Assembly (NCBI GenBank): GCA_965219955.1
Contig: OZ244799.1
Coordinates: forward strand, 4,160,001-4,224,000
Source: a bacterium
GTDB taxonomy: Bacteria; UBA8248
DNA: 64,000 nucleotides
Reading direction: 5' to 3'
Part shown: piece by piece, positions 9,103 to 17,939 of the stretch
Layout of the letters: the number at the start of each line of letters is the position of its first letter
How positions within the stretch are numbered: the first letter of the stretch is position 1
Program-made: the position numbers and the translations under genes
Notes under the pieces: model-generated
What the model was told of the DNA's origin: nothing
The model's database searches: none
What the model saw: the letters and a program-made list of their open reading frames with translations, nothing else

Positions 9103-10719
9103 TTGAAATACGATGTCGATACGCTTCGCGGGGACCTGTTCGGCGGCGTCACCGCCATGGTGGTGGCCCTGCCGCTTTCGCTGGCCTACGGCGTGGCGGC
9201 GGGCATGGGCGCGGCGGCGGGCCTGTACGGCGCGATAGCGGTGGGCTTTTTCACGGCGGTATTCGGCGGCACGCCGACCCAGATATCCGGCCCCACCGCG
9301 CCGATGACCGTCGTCATGGCGGTCATCATCACCACGTACGCGGAAAATCTCACCGAAGCCTTGACGATAGTCGTTCTGGGCGGCCTGATGCAGGTGCTTC
9401 TGGGCGTGTTGAAGTTCGGCCGCTTCGTGGCCTACACGCCCTACCTGGTCGTTTCGGGCTTCCTGTCGGGAATTGGTATCATCATCATAGCGATTCAGGT
9501 GTTGCCCTTTTTGGGATCCGACCCCGTGCCCGGCGGGGCCGTGGGCATGATTCTCGCGCTACCCGAGGCGCTGGCAGAAGCCAACTCGAGCGCTTTCGGG
9601 GTGGGCGCCGTCACGCTCGGCGCCGTGGTCTTCTGGCCGGCCCGGTTCAGGAAAATCCTCCCCACGCCACTCGTGGGGCTTTTCGCCGGAACGATCGTGG
9701 GCGTCTTGTGGCTGGGTGATGCGCCCGTCCTCGGGAAGATTCCGAGCGGGTTGCCGGGACTGCAACTGGGGCTGCCTTCTCTGGCCTTGCTGGCGCGCGC
9801 GGTGGAGCCCGCGCTCATTTTCGCCCTGGTCGGCTCGGTGGTCAGCCTCCTCACCAGCCTCGTGGCTGATTCGCTGACCCGCACGAGCCACGATCCGGAC
9901 CGCGAACTCATCGGCCAGGGCGTGGGCAACGCGGCCGCGGGCCTCATCGGCGGTCTGCCCGGTTGCGGGACGCCCGTATACACGGTGATCAACATACGCG
10001 CCGGCGGGCGGACCCGGGCGGCGGGTGTGATATTCGCGCTCCTCCTGCTGACGACCCTGCTGGGCCTCGGGCCGTTCGTCGAGTCGGTTCCGTTCGCCGC
10101 CCTCTCGGGCGTTCTGATGAAGGTGGGCTGGGACCTCATCGACTGGCGTCTGCTCTGCCATCTTCACCGCATCCGGCGCGAACATCTCTTCATTATGTTG
10201 ACGACGCTCGGCCTCACGGTGTTTGTCGACCTGATCAGCGCCGTGGCGATAGGCCTTATCGTGTCGGGCCTGGCCCACGCGGGGCAGTTCGAAAGATTCG
10301 AACTCGACAGCGTGGTCTCCGTGCCCCTGCTGGACCGGATGTTCCTCTACCGGGGAGAGAAAGTGGAGGGAGTCGACCCGTTCGAGGCGCGCGTCGGCAT
10401 GGTGGCGCTCCGGGGGAGCTTCACCGTCGCGTCGTCCAAGAAGCTGGTGCGGACGATTAGTCTCGACATCAAGGATCACGAGGTCGTCATCTTTAATTTC
10501 ACGGAAGCCACCTACATCGACGACAGCGCCGCCATGGTCATCAAGCAGCTCATCGACGTCGCCGCTGAAGAAGACACCGAGTCCATCATCCTCGGGCTTT
10601 CGGGCGACGTGAAGCACACTCTTGAAACGCTCAATATCCTGTGGAGCGTGCCGGAGGGGCGTATCGTCGAAACACTGGGCGAGGCGCGAGAGACGGCGAG
10701 AACTCTCCTGAGAGATTGA
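9103..10719 (+). CDS. SulP/SLC26 family anion transporter with STAS domain, copy 1
   Basis: DLFGGVTAMVVALP, GLYGAI, QISGPT, RELIGQGVGN, STAS DDSAA; TTG start inferred by alignment with copy 2. Confidence 0.93.
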   Translation: MKYDVDTLRGDLFGGVTAMVVALPLSLAYGVAAGMGAAAGLYGAIAVGFFTAVFGGTPTQISGPTAPMTVVMAVIITTYAENLTEALTIVVLGGLMQVLLGVLKFGRFVAYTPYLVVSGFLSGIGIIIIAIQVLPFLGSDPVPGGAVGMILALPEALAEANSSAFGVGAVTLGAVVFWPARFRKILPTPLVGLFAGTIVGVLWLGDAPVLGKIPSGLPGLQLGLPSLALLARAVEPALIFALVGSVVSLLTSLVADSLTRTSHDPDRELIGQGVGNAAAGLIGGLPGCGTPVYTVINIRAGGRTRAAGVIFALLLLTTLLGLGPFVESVPFAALSGVLMKVGWDLIDWRLLCHLHRIRREHLFIMLTTLGLTVFVDLISAVAIGLIVSGLAHAGQFERFELDSVVSVPLLDRMFLYRGEKVEGVDPFEARVGMVALRGSFTVASSKKLVRTISLDIKDHEVVIFNFTEATYIDDSAAMVIKQLIDVAAEEDTESIILGLSGDVKHTLETLNILWSVPEGRIVETLGEARETARTLLRD

Positions 10720-10898
10720 GGCGGGAGGCGTTGTCGTCCTCCGAGGGATTCATTCCGGCGGCGCGGGTGTTTTCACGTCCGCCGTCACTGCTCTTTCCGG
10801 CGCGCGCCCACGATTCATCGAGGGTGTGATATGCTGTCTAAGAACATGCGATCATCACGACCATCGCCCGGAGACGAAGCGCGAAGGGGCATAATCGC

Positions 10899-12521
10899 GT
10901 GAAATTGAAATACGATTTCGATACGCTTCGCGGAGACCTTTTCGGCGGCGTCACCGCCATGGTGGTGGCCCTGCCGCTTTCGCTGGCCTACGGCGTGGCG
11001 TCGGGCATGGGGGCCGCGGCGGGACTCTACGGCGCGATAGCGGTGGGATTTTTCGCGGCCGTCTTCGGCGGCACGGCGACCCAGATATCCGGCCCCACCG
11101 CGCCGATGGCCATCGTGATGGCGGTCATCATCACCACGTATGCGAAAGACCTCACCGAAGCCCTGACGGTGGTCGTGATGGGCGGTCTCCTGCAAGTCCT
11201 CCTTGGCGTCTTGAAGCTCGGCCGTTTCGTGGCCTACACGCCCTACGTGGTCGTATCGGGCTTCATGTCCGGCATCGGCGTCCTCGTGATGGCGATTCAG
11301 GTGCTGCCCTTTTTCGGCTCGGACCCCGTGCCGGGCGGCGCCGTGGGCATGATTCTCGCGCTGCCCGAGACGCTGGCCAAGATCAACTGGAGCGCTTTGG
11401 GCGTCGGGCTCGTCACGCTCGGCGTCGCGGTCTTCTGGCCGTCGAGGTTCCGGAAAATCCTGCCCACGCCCCTCGTGGGGCTGATCGCCGGCACGCTCAT
11501 CGGCGTCTTGTGGCTCCATGATGCGCCCGTCATCGGGGAGGTGCCGACCGGCCTGCCGGGGCTCAAGATAGGGCTCCCGTCGCTCGGCTTTCTGGCGCGC
11601 GCCGTGGAGCCCGCGCTCATTCTCGCCCTCATCGGTTCGGTGGTGAGCCTCCTCACCTGCCTCGTGGCCGACTCGCTCACCCGTACGAGCCACGACCCGG
11701 ACCGCGAGCTCATCGGCCAGGGCGTGGGCAACGCGGCCGCGGGCCTGATCGGCGGACTGCCCGGTGCGGGCACACCCGTGTATACCGTGCCCAACATCCG
11801 CTCCGGCGGGCGGACCCGGGCGGCGGGGGCGATATTCGCGGTGTTTCTGCTGGCGATCCTGCTGGGTCTGGGACCCTACGTCGAGTCGATTCCGCTCGCC
11901 GCACTGGCGGGCGTCCTGATCAAGGTCGGCTGGGACATCATCGACTGGCGGCTCCTCACCCGCCTGCACCGCATCAAGCGCGAGCACCTCTTCGTCCTGC
12001 TGACGACGCTCTGCCTCACGGTGTTCGTCGATCTCATCAGCGCCGTGGCGATAGGCCTCATCGTCGCAGGTCTGGCCCACGCGGGACAGCTCGAGAACCT
12101 GGAGCTCGACAGCGTGGTCTCCGTGCCCCTGCTGGACCAGATGTTCCTCTACGAGGGGGAAGAGGTGGAAGGGGTCGACCCGTTCGAGGCGCGCGTCGGC
12201 ATGGTGGCGCTCCGGGGGAGCTTCACCGTCGCGTCGTCCAAGAAACTGGTGCGGACGATAAGCCTCGACATCAAGGATCACGAGGTCGTCATCTTCAATT
12301 TCACCGAAGCCACCTACATCGACGACAGCGCCGCCATGGTCATCAAGCAACTCATCGAAGTCGCCACCGAGGAAGACACCGAGTCCATCGTCATCGGCCT
12401 TACGGGCGACGTCGCCGAGACGCTCGACGCGCTCGACGTCCTGCGCGAGGTGCCGCCCGAGCGGGTCGTCGAAGACCTGGACGAGGCGCGCGAGATCGCG
12501 AAGCCCCTCGTGGGGGCCTGA
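10899..12521 (+). CDS. SulP/SLC26 family anion transporter with STAS domain, copy 2
   Basis: Same motifs; highly similar to copy 1. Confidence 0.93.
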   Translation: MKLKYDFDTLRGDLFGGVTAMVVALPLSLAYGVASGMGAAAGLYGAIAVGFFAAVFGGTATQISGPTAPMAIVMAVIITTYAKDLTEALTVVVMGGLLQVLLGVLKLGRFVAYTPYVVVSGFMSGIGVLVMAIQVLPFFGSDPVPGGAVGMILALPETLAKINWSALGVGLVTLGVAVFWPSRFRKILPTPLVGLIAGTLIGVLWLHDAPVIGEVPTGLPGLKIGLPSLGFLARAVEPALILALIGSVVSLLTCLVADSLTRTSHDPDRELIGQGVGNAAAGLIGGLPGAGTPVYTVPNIRSGGRTRAAGAIFAVFLLAILLGLGPYVESIPLAALAGVLIKVGWDIIDWRLLTRLHRIKREHLFVLLTTLCLTVFVDLISAVAIGLIVAGLAHAGQLENLELDSVVSVPLLDQMFLYEGEEVEGVDPFEARVGMVALRGSFTVASSKKLVRTISLDIKDHEVVIFNFTEATYIDDSAAMVIKQLIEVATEEDTESIVIGLTGDVAETLDALDVLREVPPERVVEDLDEAREIAKPLVGA

Positions 12522-12561
12522 GGCGGGGGATGTATTTCGAGACGGCGGAGGGCTTCCACCC

Positions 12562-14178
12562 GTGAACTACGATCTCCGGACGCTTCGCGGCGACGTCTCC
12601 GGCGGCCTCACCGCTACGGTGGTCGCGCTTCCATTCGCGCTTTCTTTCGGCGTGGCCTCCGGCCTGGGGGCTGCGGCGGGGCTTTACGGCGCGATAGCGG
12701 TGGGTTTTTTCGCGGCGCTATTCGGCGGTACGCGGACGGTTATTTCAGGCCCTGCGCCTTCCATGACGGTCGCCATGGCGGTCATCGTCACCACCCACGC
12801 GGCGAATCTCGCAGAAGCCCTGAGCATCGTCGTGCTGGGCGGCCTGCTGCAAGTGCTTCTGGGCGCGCTGGGGGCCGGGCGCTTCGTGGTCTACACGCCC
12901 TATGTGGTCGTCTCGGGCTTCATGTCCGGCATCGGCGTCATCATCATGATGATCGAGGTGCTGCCCTTTCTCGGCGCGCCGCCTGCGCCCGGCGGATTCA
13001 TGGGCGCGATTCGCGCGCTGCCCGAGGCGATGAGCGGGCTCAACGCAGACGCCCTGGGCGTCGGCGCCGCCACGCTCGCCGCCTTCGCCTTCTGGCCGCG
13101 CCGCTACGCGAGGATTCTGCCTCCTCCCCTGATGGCGCTTCTCGTCGGGTCGCTTCTGGGCGTCTTGTGGCTTCATGAGGCGCCCGCCATCGGGCGGATT
13201 CCGGCGGGCCTGCCGGGGCTGCAACTGGGACTGCCCTCCGCCGGCTTCCTGCTGGGCGCCCTCCAGCCGGCGATCGTTCTCGCCCTGCTGGGCTCCATCG
13301 ACAGCCTCCTCGCCGCCCTGGTGGCCGACTCGCTGACCGGCTCGCGCCACAACCCGAACCGCGAGCTGGTGGGGCAGGGGATCGGCAACGTAGCCGCGGG
13401 CCTCATCGGCGGACTGCCCGGCGCGGGGGCCACCGTGAGCACGGTGACGAACATCCGCGCGGGGGGGCAGACCCCGGTCTCGGGCGTACTGCGCGCCGTG
13501 TTGCTGCTGGCGCTCCTGCTGGGTTTCGGGCCATACGTCGAGTCGGTTCCGCTCGCCGCCCTCGCGGGCGTGCTGATGAAGGTGGGCTGGGACATCGTCG
13601 ACTGGCGGCTCCTCGCGCGGTTCCGCCACATCCGGCGCGAGCACCTCTTCGTCATGCTGATGACGCTCGGCCTCACGGTGTTCGTCGACCTGCTGACCGC
13701 CGTGGCGATAGGCCTCATCGCCGCCGGGATGGCCCACGCGCGGCACCTCGAGCGCCTCGAGATCGACAACGTGGTCTCCGTGCCGATGCTGGACCACATA
13801 TTCCTTGGTGAACTTCAGGACGCGGCCTCGGTGAACCCCTACACGGCGCGCGTCGGCCTGGTGTCGCTCCGGGGGAGCTTCACCGTCGCCTCATCGCACG
13901 AGCTGGTCGCGGCCATCAGCGCGGACATCAAGGACCACGAGGTCGTCATCTTCGATTTCTCGAGTGCGACCCATCTCGACGACAGCGCCGCCATGCTCAT
14001 CAGGCGGCTCATGGACGTCGCCGCGCAGGAGCGCACCGCGTTCATCGTGATGGGCCTGGCGGGCGACGCCGCGCGCACCCTCCGCGCGTTCGACGTTCTG
14101 CGCGACGCGCCCGGGGAGCGGGTCGTCGAGACCCTGGAGGAGGCGCGGGAGTGCGCGAAGAAGATCCTGGGCGTGTAG
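12562..14178 (+). CDS. SulP/SLC26 family anion transporter with STAS domain, copy 3
   Basis: Same motifs; more divergent, retains GSIDSLL and GAGAT. Confidence 0.93.
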   Translation: MNYDLRTLRGDVSGGLTATVVALPFALSFGVASGLGAAAGLYGAIAVGFFAALFGGTRTVISGPAPSMTVAMAVIVTTHAANLAEALSIVVLGGLLQVLLGALGAGRFVVYTPYVVVSGFMSGIGVIIMMIEVLPFLGAPPAPGGFMGAIRALPEAMSGLNADALGVGAATLAAFAFWPRRYARILPPPLMALLVGSLLGVLWLHEAPAIGRIPAGLPGLQLGLPSAGFLLGALQPAIVLALLGSIDSLLAALVADSLTGSRHNPNRELVGQGIGNVAAGLIGGLPGAGATVSTVTNIRAGGQTPVSGVLRAVLLLALLLGFGPYVESVPLAALAGVLMKVGWDIVDWRLLARFRHIRREHLFVMLMTLGLTVFVDLLTAVAIGLIAAGMAHARHLERLEIDNVVSVPMLDHIFLGELQDAASVNPYTARVGLVSLRGSFTVASSHELVAAISADIKDHEVVIFDFSSATHLDDSAAMLIRRLMDVAAQERTAFIVMGLAGDAARTLRAFDVLRDAPGERVVETLEEARECAKKILGV

Positions 14179-14210
14179 GGGGGTGTGTGTTGATTCAGCC
14201 CCTGGAATTT

Positions 14211-14564
14211 TCAGGCGGAGACGGCGCCTTTGGGCGGACTCGCCGGCTCGATCCCGGGAAGAACCTCGGCGAGTTCGACTTTGGCCGCCTCAATGTCATA
14301 GGTCATCTGCATACGCAGCCATAGTTTTGCCGACTCGTCGCCCTTGCCGCACAGCCGGGTGAAACGAAGCGCCAGGTTGGGCGTAACGCGCTCCGGCTTG
14401 TTTTCACGTATGACCGCGTGTAGCCGCTGGCGGGATATCCCCATCCGCTTTGCGGCATCGGTGACGCTCAGATGGAGACCCTCATTCAGGATGATGCCCC
14501 AGGCCTCACCCGGATGGGAGGCGCGCATGCTACGCTCGCCCGCGGGGAGTTCTTTCTTTCGCAT
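14211..14564 (-). CDS. higA: HigA family addiction-module antitoxin (XRE HTH)
   Basis: SHPGE...LSVTDAAKRMGISRQRLH...VTPNLALR...WLRMQMTYD; ATG overlaps the upstream TGA. Confidence 0.88.
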   Translation of the reverse strand: MRKKELPAGERSMRASHPGEAWGIILNEGLHLSVTDAAKRMGISRQRLHAVIRENKPERVTPNLALRFTRLCGKGDESAKLWLRMQMTYDIEAAKVELAEVLPGIEPASPPKGAVSA

Positions 14565-14623
14565 CAGTGATAGTCCTCCAAATCGACGCGGATGGCCGCG
14601 TTGTTGTCTTTGCTCCATTGCAA
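14564..14623 (-). pseudogene. 3' remnant of a HigB (plasmid-maintenance killer) toxin gene
   Basis: Frame reads LQWSKDNNAAIRVDLEDYH* (VDLEDYH is the typical HigB C-terminus) and ends in a TGATG overlap with higA; an in-frame stop lies about 29 codons upstream. Confidence 0.65.
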
Positions 14624-14839
14624 TTTGTCGCTTTCCGACGAGCCAAGAGTTTATCAGAAAATTGGGGTATAGAGCGTGGCCTCTTCGTGATTGATCAAAC
14701 GAGAACGCCTCTAACGTGTTGATAACCGATTCGAGGAAGGCAAGGATACCAGATACATGTTTTCACTCGAATGAATCATGAGTATATCTGGATTAGTCAC
14801 TTGAAGCCATTCTTCGACAGAGCAAGCACTGCTGAGAGA

Positions 14840-15451
14840 TTAGGGGTGGGGGTTTCTTACAAGTTCATTAAATTGAAGTCTTGTTTTCCCATGCGTTTTG
14901 ATTCTCAACTTATTTTCGGGGGTGTTGTGTAAAACAGATTTAGGTGGTATTCGCGTCGGCGTTTTGCCCATACTTGTTTTGATATCTGTAATGCAGACAA
15001 AGCATTGTTGATAGTTCTTCTCTTCCAGAAATTTTGGCTCTTGCCAGAATTCCCGACCTATAGCGCGGCAATAGGCGACGAGACACTGCGCTCCTTTTAA
15101 TTGTTGTACAATTTCTTTATTATTTAAATTACCGCCTGCGCTACTTTTCATCTCAATATGAAGAATCCAGTTTTTGTTGCCAGCCTGAGCGACAACAATA
15201 TAATCGGCCCGTTTTCGTTCTCCTTTGTTACCCATGAAGAAATTATTTGGAGATGGGAACTTATCGGCTTTGATTATTACGATTTCATCTGGAATTTTTG
15301 TTATCTTAAGCGAATAATTATTCTTCGTAGTGTTTCTAGGTTCTTCGAGTGTAACTTCTGCCTTGCCATAAGGATTCTTCCCAGGGAGCACGGTAGCTTC
15401 TTTTTTTATCAATGCTCGCAGGATATCCAAGTCGTACTTATTACTCATCAT
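14840..15451 (-). CDS. Hypothetical protein with PD-(D/E)xK-like motif; partner of the upstream ATPase
   Basis: RADYIVV...ILHIEMKS; AT-rich; overlaps ATPase stop. Confidence 0.65.
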   Translation of the reverse strand: MMSNKYDLDILRALIKKEATVLPGKNPYGKAEVTLEEPRNTTKNNYSLKITKIPDEIVIIKADKFPSPNNFFMGNKGERKRADYIVVAQAGNKNWILHIEMKSSAGGNLNNKEIVQQLKGAQCLVAYCRAIGREFWQEPKFLEEKNYQQCFVCITDIKTSMGKTPTRIPPKSVLHNTPENKLRIKTHGKTRLQFNELVRNPHP

Positions 15452-16862
15452 CTCCCCAAATTATGGCATCCTGAATTTCATTCATTTCGTTAATCGTTGT
15501 GTCGAAACTCCGCGCCTCGATACCCAACTCCGGGTCTATTTTGGCTTCCACCAGGGTTTGGCATCTGGTCCTGCGCTGGTTCCCGTCGAGTTTTATGAGG
15601 TCCTCTTCAGCGATATACATTTTGATTCTTTGTGAGTTCAAAAGTTCGGCTCTGTCGTACCCTTCTCGCTTGGCGATTTTTTTCAGGTGGGTTTTATCCT
15701 GGTTCAGCATGATCAGGGTGTTGAGTTCCTTGACGATGTAATCGCTGTGCGTGGTGATGAATACCTTGACGCCCAGGTTCACAAGCCGCGCAAAAAGCCG
15801 CGCGATGCGGCGCTGGTTCTCGGGGTGCAGGCTCAACTCCGGCTCATCGACCATCAACAAGTCGCCTGGCTTTGCTTCGTGCCGCAAATAAAAACCGATG
15901 TCGAGCATGGAGCGCACCCCGCTGGCGCTTTCATCCATGCCCAGTTTGATGCGCTTGCCCCTGGGGATGAAATACAACTCGTCGTTGCGCGTCACCCTGT
16001 ATTCACCACCGATGATGTCGGTGAACCGCTTCAGTACTTCGGGATGTTTGTCGACGAGAAAACTTTTTTGCTTGGCAACGTCCTCTAGCTGACGTGTGAA
16101 ATCCACGTTTTTCTCTACAGGCGATGGATAGTCCTGGTAAGATTTGTGCAACATTTCCCGCGGATCGGTTTTCTCATCCGCCTGACTCATTTCTTTCAGC
16201 AAGCGGTTACGGGCGAAGTTAAGTTCCTTTCGAAAAATCGCTGCGCCGGTGCGTTCTGCACTGGCGATAAAAGGATTGGGGAAAAGAGGACCGAAAATGA
16301 TCTCGAAAATAATTTCACTTACTGCTACGTTTATCCTTCGTTCGAGGAAGCCAGGGGGAATTCCCACTTTATCCATATCCATAAGCAGGGAAACTTCCAA
16401 CTCTTCACTTTCTTCTTCCATGGAAAGAGAAAAAATTTGGCGATTCAAAGCACCCATTCTGTGCTTAAATTGTGGCGGTTTGTTGTGGTCGGACAATGAG
16501 CCATTTTCTAAGGATACTTGAAACTGGGTGTGTTGAAATTTCTCCTTTGGTGCGGCAAACACACGGGATAAACTCGAAGAGTAGTGAATACATATAGCAT
16601 CCAGAGTTTTGTGTGCTTCTTGCATGTATTCTAGGGGCTTAATCCGCACGACGCCATTTTTGTGCAAATCGTTCATTATTTCGTCGGGTATGAAGCTGGC
16701 TTCCATATAGTCGAGTTGCTCATGCCATGTATTCAAAAAACCATACAGGGCGTAGGTCGCATAGGTTTTTCCGGTATTGTTTTCACCACAGATGATGGTG
16801 AAATCGCCCAGGCTGAACTCCGCCTGTTTCAGAACACCGAGATTTTTGACTTTTATTTTCAT
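15441..16862 (-). CDS. ABC-type ATPase (AAA_15/AAA_21-like)
   Basis: MKIKVKNLG, Walker A GENNTGKT, ASG signature, Walker B VDEPELSLHP, ITTHS. Confidence 0.88.
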   Translation of the reverse strand: MKIKVKNLGVLKQAEFSLGDFTIICGENNTGKTYATYALYGFLNTWHEQLDYMEASFIPDEIMNDLHKNGVVRIKPLEYMQEAHKTLDAICIHYSSSLSRVFAAPKEKFQHTQFQVSLENGSLSDHNKPPQFKHRMGALNRQIFSLSMEEESEELEVSLLMDMDKVGIPPGFLERRINVAVSEIIFEIIFGPLFPNPFIASAERTGAAIFRKELNFARNRLLKEMSQADEKTDPREMLHKSYQDYPSPVEKNVDFTRQLEDVAKQKSFLVDKHPEVLKRFTDIIGGEYRVTRNDELYFIPRGKRIKLGMDESASGVRSMLDIGFYLRHEAKPGDLLMVDEPELSLHPENQRRIARLFARLVNLGVKVFITTHSDYIVKELNTLIMLNQDKTHLKKIAKREGYDRAELLNSQRIKMYIAEEDLIKLDGNQRRTRCQTLVEAKIDPELGIEARSFDTTINEMNEIQDAIIWGDDE

Positions 16863-17110
16863 ATCGTCACCTCCACGACCTCACAGTATCGTTGTCGAAG
16901 GTGTTTTGAAGCAACTTGCACGAATTACATCAATCCCACATTTGTTTTTTCTGCGTATGGATTCCTGCGCCGCACTATAAGTGCGCATACGTCCGAAAGG
17001 CAAGATTGCCTTGTAATGTCTTAACCATGTGCGGCGTAGAAAGATGAGAGAGCAGTCGGCTCATCATCAGAGCGATTGAATCATAGCCGCTTAATCCCCT
17101 CGCGCACGAT

Positions 17111-17653
17111 TCAGGCAGGCGGGGTTTCGTCGCCCGCGCCCAGGGCGCGCTGCATGAGCACGCAGTCGAGCCACCTGCCGTGCTTGAAGCCGATCGACGG
17201 CAATACGCCGACGAGCCTGAAGCCGGCGCGCTCGTGCAGCCTGATGGAGGCCGCATTCGCGCTGTCGCCGATGACCGCGACCATCCGGCGCAAGCCCTTT
17301 TGCGTGCAGGAGTCGATCAGCCTGTCGAGCAGCGCAGCACCCAGCCCCCGGCGCATGACGCGATGATCGACGTAGACGGAATTTTCGACGGCGAAGCGGT
17401 AGGCCGGCCTGTGGTGGTAGGGCGCCGCATAGGCGTAGCCGCAGACGGCGCCTTCGACCTCGGCCACGAACCAGGGGAGGCCTTTCTCTTTTACGGCGCG
17501 GAAGCGTCGGCGCATCTCTTCTGAATCGGGCGGCTCCTCCTCGAACGAGGCCAGCCCGCGCAGCACGTGGTGGGCGTATATCTCCCGGATCGCGGGCAGG
17601 TCGGCTTCTGCGGCGTCGCGGACGAGCGGCTCCGTTCTGGTATCGGCCTTCAT
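17111..17653 (-). CDS. GNAT N-acetyltransferase, phosphinothricin/methionine-sulfoximine acetyltransferase family
   Basis: IYAHHVLRGLASFEEEPP, AYRFAVENSVYV, NAASIRLHERAGF, GFKHGRWLD. Confidence 0.9.
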   Translation of the reverse strand: MKADTRTEPLVRDAAEADLPAIREIYAHHVLRGLASFEEEPPDSEEMRRRFRAVKEKGLPWFVAEVEGAVCGYAYAAPYHHRPAYRFAVENSVYVDHRVMRRGLGAALLDRLIDSCTQKGLRRMVAVIGDSANAASIRLHERAGFRLVGVLPSIGFKHGRWLDCVLMQRALGAGDETPPA

Positions 17654-17803
17654 GGATGTTCCCCGCTCTCGTCAATGCATGGATTCAGCGCACCGGGCGC
17701 TCCCGGCGCGCGGTGATGCGTGATGTCGAACTATATAACGGGTCGTTGCCATTGGCGATGAAAGCCGCGCCGGATGTGCTCGAGGGAGCGGTCGTCGAGA
17801 AGT

Positions 17804-17832
17804 TTGTGCCTGATTTCGAAGTCATGTATAAT
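17804..17832 (+). promoter_or_regulatory. Candidate sigma70 promoter for the deaminase operon
   Basis: TTGTGC-17 nt-TATAAT about 110 nt upstream of the ATG. Confidence 0.4.
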
Positions 17833-17939
17833 TCTCCTATCCTGTGCTGTTCATACGATGTTGTGGGTCTTGCGGTTCATGCCGGGGGCCGGCAACTCAC
17901 GCCAGCGGGAATGCCCAATCTACAGAGGAGATTGGAGCC

